A stretch of DNA of 32,000 nucleotides, from NCBI RefSeq assembly GCF_000017305.1, contig NC_009664.2, positions 3,750,001 through 3,782,000 of the forward strand. Reading direction: 5' to 3'. Shown piece after piece: positions 17,194-24,400 of this stretch (its first letter is position 1; each line of letters begins with the position of its first letter). Both the position numbers and the translations under genes were made by a program. The notes under the pieces were generated by a model. That model was not told where the DNA came from and ran no database searches. It was given only the letters and a program-made list of their open reading frames with translations. This DNA is from Kineococcus radiotolerans SRS30216 = ATCC BAA-149 (GTDB lineage Bacteria > Actinomycetota > Actinomycetes > Actinomycetales > Kineococcaceae).

Positions 17194-18042
17194 CTACGCG
17201 GCGGGCCCGTCCCCGGCGCGCGCGGAGCGCACCTGCTCCCGCACGACGCGGGCGCAGTCGGCGGGGTGGTCCCACACCGGGACGTGCCCGCTGCGGGCCC
17301 ACTCCAGCCAGCGCGTCTGCGGCGGCGCGCAGGAGCGCACCAGGAACGACGGCGGCAGCACCCGGTCCCGGCCCCCGGCCACGACCGTCACCGGGACCCG
17401 GACGTCGCCGGCCCGGGTGAAGGAGGCCGCGCCGATCCCGGCGTCGGCGGCGGCGTAGCCCGCCGCGGCCGCGACCGCCTCCACCGCGCCGCGCACGACC
17501 TCGGCGGGCAGCCGGCGCGGGGCGGTGCTGGTGGCGCCCAGGGCCAGCGTCCGGCCCACGGCGGTGGTGACGAGCCCGACGGGCAGGCGCCCCGCGAGGC
17601 GGGCGAACTGCTGCCCCGTGGGGAGCAGCGGCGGGCGCCGGCGGGGGGAGGCCCACAACCCCGCGGGGGTGAAGGCGGTGACGCTGGCGACGGCCTCCTC
17701 CGCCCCGGGGGCCGCGGCCGCCTCCAGGCAGACCCACCCCCCGAGGGAGTGCCCGACGAGGTGGACGCGCCGGCCCTCCTCCGCGGCGAGCGCGGCGGCC
17801 AGCCGGTGGAGGCGCTCCCCGAGGGCCGCGGGGCTCATCGCGCTCGCCTCGGCCACCGGGGGCGCGGTGCCGTGACCGGGCAGGTCCAGGACGTGCAGGC
17901 GGTGGTCGGCGGCGAGGTGCGGGACGAGCAGGGACCACGTGCTCGCCGCCCCGCCGAGGCCGTGGACGAGGACGACGGCCGGGGCCTGTGCCGCGGCCGA
18001 CCCCGCGCGGTGCACGGCGAACCCCTCGAGGAGTCCGCTCAC
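17194..18042 (-). CDS. alpha/beta-fold hydrolase
   Basis: 282 aa with VVLVHGLGG oxyanion region, nucleophile elbow GHSLGG and C-terminal SGHVPVWDHP (catalytic His). The GTG start overlaps the upstream YbaK-like stop (GTGA). Confidence 0.8.
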   Translation of the reverse strand: MSGLLEGFAVHRAGSAAAQAPAVVLVHGLGGAASTWSLLVPHLAADHRLHVLDLPGHGTAPPVAEASAMSPAALGERLHRLAAALAAEEGRRVHLVGHSLGGWVCLEAAAAPGAEEAVASVTAFTPAGLWASPRRRPPLLPTGQQFARLAGRLPVGLVTTAVGRTLALGATSTAPRRLPAEVVRGAVEAVAAAAGYAAADAGIGAASFTRAGDVRVPVTVVAGGRDRVLPPSFLVRSCAPPQTRWLEWARSGHVPVWDHPADCARVVREQVRSARAGDGPAA

Positions 18043-18560
18043 CCGATCTCGACCGGGTGCCCGCTGGTGAGCCGCAGGAGCTCGTCGTAGCGGGTGCGGA
18101 ACACCGCGTGCGGGTGCCCGGCCGGTACCCAGACCGCCGGGTACGGGGCCAGGGCCACGTCCACGAACGTGGGCAGCTGCGCCGTGAGCCCGATCGGGGA
18201 GGCGGACCCCAGCACGGACCCGGTGCAGCGCAGCACGTCCGTGTCGTCGTCCCAGGTCAGCTCCGGCTCGCTGAGGACCCCGGCGAGGACGGCCGGCAGG
18301 ATCGGGTGGGCCGCCGAGGCCACGACGAGCAGCCGTCCCCCGTCCCGGGTGCGGAGCACCGCGGTGGTGGCGACGGCGGCGAGCGGGACCCCGAGGTGCT
18401 CGGCGAGCTGACCCGCGTCCCGCAGCGTCGCCGGGACCTCGAGGACCTCACCCGCCCCGCGCAGCTCGACCAGCGCCGTGGCGGTCGCCTCCACGGCCGG
18501 GGCCGTGGCGGTGCTCGTCCCAGCGTTCCCGGGAGACTCGTGAACCACCGTCCACCTCAT
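18039..18560 (-). CDS. YbaK/EbsC/ProX-type aminoacyl-tRNA editing-domain protein
   Basis: 173 aa with an ATG start. It has a central beta-rich core (LLVVASAAH...) and G.VLGSASPIGL....P.FVD..L....VWVPAG.P...F...YDEL, which resembles free-standing YbaK-family deacylases. Assigned from memory of the fold pattern only. Confidence 0.55.
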   Translation of the reverse strand: MRWTVVHESPGNAGTSTATAPAVEATATALVELRGAGEVLEVPATLRDAGQLAEHLGVPLAAVATTAVLRTRDGGRLLVVASAAHPILPAVLAGVLSEPELTWDDDTDVLRCTGSVLGSASPIGLTAQLPTFVDVALAPYPAVWVPAGHPHAVFRTRYDELLRLTSGHPVEIG

Positions 18561-18611
18561 GCACCACGACGGTAAACCGGTTCCCCCCGCCCGTCGCGGT
18601 GAGCGCCCCGT

Positions 18612-19448
18612 TCAGCGGGTGAGGACGGCGGACCCCTCGCGGACCTGCACCGCGGTGGCCGCGGAGACGACGGTGGCGGTGCCCGCGACGGGGCGGTACG
18701 GGAGCCCGGCGACGGTGTACTCGCCGGTGTACGTCGTGGTGAGGGTGATCAGGTGCTCGCCGGGGGTGTCGTAGGCGTGGGTCAGGGTCGCCCGCGGGTA
18801 CGGGTTCCCGGGGTCGGTGGTGGGGCCCAGGGTGGTGCCGTCCCCGAGGTCCCACGTCCAGCTGGTCGGCGTGGCGCGGACCGTCACCGGGTAGCCGAGG
18901 ACCGTCGTGTCGCGCACGACGACGTCGGTCCCGGTGCGCAGGACGAGCGGCACGTGCAGCAGGGCCAGGCCGGTGCGGGGCTGCAGCTCCACGGCGCCGG
19001 CGGGCAGCGGGAGGCGGCGCAGGTCGGCCTCGGTGACGACGGGCAGGGTGACAGGTTCCGCGTCCTCCGCCCCCGCGGTGCACCTGCTGCCCCCGTTGAC
19101 CCAGGGGGCGCCCCCGGTCCGGGTCCAGGTCGTGGCGAAGGTCTGGCCCGGCGGGCAGAGGCGGTTCGAGGCGCCGCAGAAGTCGTCGCCGAAGGAACCC
19201 TCGGGGCCGTTGCGACCGCAGGCGGGGGTCCTGACGACCTCCACGGGTGGGCCTTGACGAGCAGAGTCCCGGCTGGGATTCCGGTGCTGGCGCTGGGAAT
19301 CGGAACGCGATGCGCCGATCTCGAAACTGTCGTCGCGGCTGATTCCCGTTGACCCCGTGGGGCCCGCCCAGGCAGTCGAGCTGGCGCAGGCCAGGGTCAG
19401 CACGCAGATCGTCGTGCTGACACCCCAGGCGGTCTTCCAGCTCCTCAT
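18612..19448 (-). CDS. secreted protein with Cys-rich N-domain and C-terminal PKD domain
   Basis: 278 aa. The Sec signal is MRSWKTAWGVSTTICVLTLACASSTAWA|G. The region ACGRNG...FCGASNRLCPPG...SRCTAG contains four Cys. The PKD signature is WTWDLGDGTT...THAYDTPGEHLITLTTTY. The ATG overlaps the upstream lipoprotein stop (ATGA). The 5' third has visibly lower GC. Confidence 0.7.
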   Translation of the reverse strand: MRSWKTAWGVSTTICVLTLACASSTAWAGPTGSTGISRDDSFEIGASRSDSQRQHRNPSRDSARQGPPVEVVRTPACGRNGPEGSFGDDFCGASNRLCPPGQTFATTWTRTGGAPWVNGGSRCTAGAEDAEPVTLPVVTEADLRRLPLPAGAVELQPRTGLALLHVPLVLRTGTDVVVRDTTVLGYPVTVRATPTSWTWDLGDGTTLGPTTDPGNPYPRATLTHAYDTPGEHLITLTTTYTGEYTVAGLPYRPVAGTATVVSAATAVQVREGSAVLTR

Positions 19449-20059
19449 TCCACCTCCCAGACGATCCAGCGCCCATCTGACCAGTTGAGATCGAGCCAGA
19501 ACTCACCGTTCGGGACTGACGGCGCGGAGCCGACGACTCGACCGTGGAGGTCGGTTGTCTCGAAGGCCGTCTTGGTCGTTGACACAGTGAGGCCGATCTC
19601 GCCTTTCGCTGCATCCCACGAGTCGACCCGGGTGCCAGTGAACTGGATCTCGAACCCGGTCGAGGAGTAGCCCCGCGCTCGATACTCGTCGATCACATCA
19701 GCCTGGTACCGGCATCCGGAGCAGCCTGCGTCCGAGATGGACAGGAGGAGAGCGGGGTCCCCCGTTCCATTGGCGTAGTTCAGGACCTGCGTGAAGTAGG
19801 CCGCGAACGCGCTGGCTCCGTCCACCGTGAACGTCCGGCTCAGCTCGGTCTGCTCGGGCAGCGGGAGGCTCCTCGTGGTCACCGGGGTGGGGGTCGCGCC
19901 GGCCGGTGAGGCCGCCGGTGTCGTCGGGGTGGCCGTGACGGCGCCGGCCGGGGCGGAACCCACCACTGGCGCGTCCGCCGCCTCCTGCGAACACCCGGCG
20001 AGCGCGCCGACGGCGAGGAGCGCGACGAGGGGTGCGGCGACGCGGTGGAGCGGGATCAC
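19445..20059 (-). CDS. lipoprotein with CxxC motif (possibly DUF6318-like)
   Basis: ORF 19445..20158 trimmed to GTG at 20059, so the start is uncertain. It has a perfect lipobox LAVGALAG|CSQE followed by a Pro/Thr/Ala linker. The globular domain shows AFAAYFTQVLNYANGTGDPALLLSISDAGCSGCRY. GC is lower than the surroundings. Confidence 0.6.
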   Translation of the reverse strand: MIPLHRVAAPLVALLAVGALAGCSQEAADAPVVGSAPAGAVTATPTTPAASPAGATPTPVTTRSLPLPEQTELSRTFTVDGASAFAAYFTQVLNYANGTGDPALLLSISDAGCSGCRYQADVIDEYRARGYSSTGFEIQFTGTRVDSWDAAKGEIGLTVSTTKTAFETTDLHGRVVGSAPSVPNGEFWLDLNWSDGRWIVWEVE

Positions 20060-20209
20060 CGTGGCACGGTCGCACGCCGCGGCGCGGCGCGGGCGCCGTC
20101 GGGAGGTCGCTGTGGACAACCCGTCGGCCGTCCGGGTGACGGCGCCCCCGGGGGTCACCCGGGGTCCCTGGGGAGCGACTCCGCGCCCTGTGGACGGCGA
20201 GGTTCACCG

Positions 20210-20240
20210 TTGACGGGCCCGGAGCGGGGTGGTGTAGCTT
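20210..20240 (+). promoter_or_regulatory. putative sigma-A-type promoter (TTGACG - 19 nt - TAGCTT)
   Basis: -35-like TTGACG at 20210-20215 and TAnnnT -10-like TAGCTT at 20235-20240. The 19-nt spacer is longer than optimal. The LexA box starts 10 nt downstream of the -10, where it would occlude the transcription start. Confidence 0.35.
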
Positions 20241-20250
20241 CGTGATGCGT

Positions 20251-20266
20251 TCGAACCGGTGTTCGA
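20251..20266. promoter_or_regulatory. LexA operator (SOS box)
   Basis: TCGAACcggtGTTCGA is a perfect 6+4+6 palindrome matching the Actinobacteria/Gram-positive LexA consensus (TCGAAC-N4-GTTCGA; Cheo-type GAAC-N4-GTTC core). It is the only GAAC-N4-GTTC in the window. It lies in the divergent intergenic region, ~140 nt upstream of the DUF6504-like start. Confidence 0.8.
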
Positions 20267-20404
20267 ACGCGCTCGGCCGCCCGGTGGCGCGGTCCGTGGG
20301 GAGGGGAAGCTCCACGGGCCGCGCCCCGGGTGCGTCGTCGCGGGCCGCTTCCCCCGGCTCGTCGCGCTGCGCGGTCCGTCGCGGCGTCGGCTCGAGGGGG
20401 GAAG

Positions 20405-20821
20405 GTGACAGCGGTGCGGCGGTTCTCCGACGAGGTCCACGTGCGGTGCGGCGCGAGGGGGGAGGAGGCCGGTGTCCCGGCCCTGTTCGTCTGGCGCGGC
20501 CGGCTCTACGTGGTGCGCGAGGTCCTGTCCCGGTGGCGCGAGCGCAGCGCGTGGTGGGAGCACGCCGCCGTCGCCGCCGTCCACGGCGACGAGGCGGGCG
20601 GGGCGGGGGGCGCGGTGACGGCGGTGCGGCCGGTGCTCGAGATCGGGGACCTCGAGCGGGAGGTCTTCCGCGTCGAGGCCGGGGTGGGGCGGGCCGGCGC
20701 GGTGGGCGTCTACGACCTCGCCCGTCCGGTGGCCCTCGGGACGGCGGCCGTGTCGGAGGTCGCTGGTAATCCTGTTCTCGACGAACCGCGCGAGTGGCAG
20801 TTGCTGCGCGTCAGCGACTGA
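20405..20821 (+). CDS. small conserved actinobacterial protein, DUF6504-like
   Basis: ORF 20330..20821 trimmed to GTG at 20405, preceded by GAGGGGGGAAGG. The 138-aa protein has FSDEVHVR, PALFVWRGRLYVVREVLSRWRERSAWW, EREVFRVEA, GVYDL and W.LLRVSD. This pattern is one I recall being annotated as a DUF6504 family protein. No catalytic motif is recognised. Confidence 0.6.
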   Translation: MTAVRRFSDEVHVRCGARGEEAGVPALFVWRGRLYVVREVLSRWRERSAWWEHAAVAAVHGDEAGGAGGAVTAVRPVLEIGDLEREVFRVEAGVGRAGAVGVYDLARPVALGTAAVSEVAGNPVLDEPREWQLLRVSD

Positions 20822-20883
20822 ACCGCCACCGGCCCGCCGTCCAGGCAGCACCAGACGATCGAACGATCTCGGAGGAGAACTCG

Positions 20884-21315
20884 ATGCCCGGCACCTTCGA
20901 CGTCCCCCGGGGCGTCCCCCGTCCGCTGACCACCGCCGCCCTCGACCTGCTCGAGAGGTGCGAGGAGGAACTGCTCCTGGCGCTGCGCACCACCGACACC
21001 GCCGAACGCTACGTCCACGCCCACCTCGGCGCGTTGCGGGCCGGTGCGGCCCTGGTCGCGGTGCACGGGCGGCCCGTCGGTCCCCGGCGCAACGGTCCGC
21101 GCAGCGTGTGGCAGATGCTCCCCGCCATCGACCCCTCGTTGCAGGAGTGGGCCGACCGGTTCGCCGCCACCGCGCCGCTGCGTTCGGCGGTGGAGGCCGG
21201 GCGCACCGGTGTCGTCGGTGAGGCCGACGCGGAGGAACTCCTCGCCGACGCCGAGCGGTTCCTCCGGGTGGTGGAGTCGCTGCTCGGGCTCAGCGCCGTG
21301 CCGCTCGCCGGCTGA
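20884..21315 (+). CDS. small all-helical HEPN-like protein (SAV_6107-type)
   Basis: ORF 20794..21315 trimmed to ATG at 20884, with GGAGGAG 7 nt upstream. The 143-aa protein has LLERCEEELLLA......ERYVHAHLGALRAGAALVA, PRSVWQMLPAIDPSLQEWADRFAA....RSAVEAG and AEELLADAERFLRVVE. This matches the family I recall as the SAV_6107 family HEPN domain-containing protein. Confidence 0.6.
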   Translation: MPGTFDVPRGVPRPLTTAALDLLERCEEELLLALRTTDTAERYVHAHLGALRAGAALVAVHGRPVGPRRNGPRSVWQMLPAIDPSLQEWADRFAATAPLRSAVEAGRTGVVGEADAEELLADAERFLRVVESLLGLSAVPLAG

Positions 21316-21402
21316 GGCGCGCGGCCCGGGCCGTTCCCCAGCGATCCCGCACCACCTGCTGCTCGGCCTTCCCCACGGGCGCGTTCTCGAAGGACGTCCC
21401 CC

Positions 21403-24400
21403 TTGACCACCACCGCACCCCCGTTCCCGCACCTGCACGTGGCCTCCGGCTACTCCCTGCGGTACGGGACCTCCACCCCGGCGGCTCTCGTCGCCCGGGC
21501 CGCCGACCTCGGCCTGGCGACGCTGGCCCTCACCGACCGGGACGGTCTCCACGGTGCGGTGAAGTTCGTCCGGGCCTGCGTCGACGCGGGGATCGCCCCG
21601 GTCCTCGGCGTCGACCTCGCGACGACGCCCACGGGTTCGGCGACCGGGCTCCCCGAGTGGGCCGATCCCTCGGTCGCCGTGCGCCGCAGGGGGTCGCGCG
21701 CACCGGTGCGGGGCGGGTCGGTGGTCGATCCCCGGTGGCCCCGGATCACCGCGCTCGCCCTCGGCGCCGACGAGGCCGGTGCCGGGCGCGGCTGGGCGGG
21801 TCTGTGCCGGCTGGTGAGCGCGACCCACCTCGGCGGGCGGCGCGGAACCCCCGTCAGCAGCCTCGAACTCGTCGCCGCGCACGCTCGCGGCACCGACGGC
21901 CGCGCGGTGCTGGCCGTGCTGCTGGGGCCGGGTTCGGAACTCGGCCGGGCCGTGCTGGCCCGCCGGGACGACCTCGCGCGCGCCGTCCTGCGCCGCTGGC
22001 AGGAGGCGCTGCCCGCCGGTTCGCTGCACCTGGAGGTCGTCTGCCACCACGCCCCGCCGGGGACGGCCGGCAGCGTCGAGCACGCGGCCCGGGTGCTGGG
22101 GCTGGCCCGCGAGGCCGGGGTCCCCGCGGTGCTCACCGCCGCGGTGCGGTCCGCGGAGCCGGACGGGGCGCTGACGGCGGACCTGCTCGACGCGGTGCGC
22201 CGGCTGGTGCCGCTGGGTCCGCGCCACCTGGACCGCACGACGGGGCAGGGGCACCTCCTGCCCTCGGCCGAGATGGCCCGGACCGCGGCCGACGTCGCCC
22301 GCGCCGCGGGGGACCCGGCCGCCGCGGCCGACCTGCTGGCCGCGACGGCGGTGCTCGCCGGCCGCGCCCGGATCGACCCCGCCCGCGACCTCGGCCTCGG
22401 CCGGCACCACCTGCCCGACCCGGCGGCCCTCGGGCTGGGCGACGACGTCGACCAGTCCGCCCTGCTGCGCGGGCGGGCGGAGGCGCGCATCGCCGCGCGG
22501 TACCCGGGGGCCGGTGCCAGCCGGGAGGCGGAGGTCCGCCGACGCCTGGACGAGGAACTCGCGATCATCGAGCAGGTCGGGTTCGCCAGCTACTTCCTCA
22601 CCGTCGCCGACGTCTGCGACCTGACCCGGGCGATGGGCGTGCGGGTCGCGGCGCGGGGTTCGGGGGCGGGCAGCCTGGTGAACCACCTGCTGGGGATCTC
22701 CGACGTCGAGCCCCTCGGGCACGGGCTGCTCATGGAACGCTTCCTCAACCCCCGGCGCGGGCAGTTGCCCGACATCGACCTCGACGTCGAGTCCGCCCGC
22801 CGCGAGGACGTCTACCGGGCGGTCCTGGACCGCTTCGGCGGGGAGCGGGTCACGTGCGTGTCGATGATGGACAGCTACCGGGTGCGGCACGCCGTCCGCG
22901 ACGTCGGGGCGGCGCTCGGGTTGCCGCCGGCGGAGGTCGACGCCATCGCCACCGCCTTCCCGCACCTGCGCGCCCGCGACGCCCGCGCCGCGATCGCCGA
23001 ACTGCCCGAGCTGCGTCGCAGCGGGCTGGGGGAGGAACGCCTCAGCACCTTCTTCGACCTCGTCGAGCGCCTCGACGGCCTGCCCCGGCACGTCGCGCTG
23101 CACCCCTGCGGGATCGTGCTGTCGAACCGGACCCTCCTGGACCGGACCCCGGTGGAGGCCAGCTGGCGGGGTTTCCCGATGAGCCAGTTCGACAAGGACG
23201 ACGTCGAGGACCTCGGCCTGCTCAAGCTCGACGTCCTCGGGATCCGGATGCAGTCGGCGATGGCGTACGCGGTGCGGGAGGTCGAACGGGTCGAGGGCGT
23301 GCGGATCGACCTCGACGACCGGCAGCAGGTGCCGTTGGACGACCCGGCCACCTTCCGACTGATCCGGTCCACCCGGACCCTCGGCTGCTTCCAGATCGAG
23401 TCGCCGGGGCAGCGGGAACTGGTCGGCAAGTTCGCCCCCGAGACCTTCCACGACATCGTCGTCGACATCTCGCTGTTCCGGCCCGGCCCCGTGAAGTCGG
23501 ACATGGTCGCCCCGTTCCTGCGGGCCCGGCAGGGCTGGGCCGCCCCGGAGTTCCTCGACGACCGGTTGCGGCCGGTGCTGGAGCAGACCCACGGCGTCGT
23601 GGTGTTCCACGAGCAGGTCATCGAGATCATCCGGGCCACCACCGGCCACGACCTCGCGGTGTCCGACGAGTACCGCCGGCACCTGGGGACCCGGCAGGGC
23701 CAGGAGGAGATGGAGCCGCAGTTCAAGCGCCGCGCCGTGGAGCACGGCTACCCGGAGGACGTGGTGGCGCGGATCTGGGAGGTGCTCAAGGCGTTCGCCT
23801 CGTTCGGCTTCTGCAAGGCCCACGCCGCGGCGTTCGCGCTGCCGACGTACCAGTCGGCGTGGCTGAAGACCCACCACCCCGCGGCGTTCCTGGCGGGGGT
23901 CCTCACCCACGACCCGGGCATGTACCCGAAGCGGCTGATCCTCGACGACGCCCGCAACCTCGGCGTCGAGGTGCTGGGCCTGGACGTCAACGCCTCCGGC
24001 GACACCTACCGCGTCGAACCCGTGGACCTCCCCGGGCCCCGCCCCGCCCCCCACGGCCAGGCGGCCCTCCACCCGTGGCCGGGGTGGCGGGAGGGGCGCG
24101 ACGCCGAGGGGCTGGGGGAGGGCGTCGCCGACGGCACCGGGTTCGGCATCCGGTTGTCCCTGAGCGACGTCAAGGGGATCTCCGCGGCGGAGGTCTCCCG
24201 CCTCGTCGCCGGTCAGCCCTACCGCTCGCTCGCCGACCTGTGGCAGCGCGCCCGCCCCTCGCGGCCGGTGGCCGAGCGCCTCGTCCTCACCGGGGCGCTG
24301 GACTCCCTGCACGGCCTGCGCCCGGTCGGCCGGGCCGGGGAACCCGCGCCCCGGCGGGGGCGCACCACCCGCCGGGACCTGCTGCTGCAGGTCGCCGAGC

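Noticed and set aside
18612-20160. Mobile-element origin for the low-GC lipoprotein/PKD pair
   Set aside because: I could find no transposase, integrase, tRNA target or flanking direct or inverted repeats. Only the compositional dip supports foreign origin, so it is reported as a hypothesis and not as a mobile element.
21323-21332. Palindrome GGCCCGGGCC just after the HEPN-like stop as a possible terminator separating it from the polymerase gene
   Set aside because: A 10-nt perfect palindrome has no loop and cannot form a stable hairpin. There is no evidence that it interrupts the operon.
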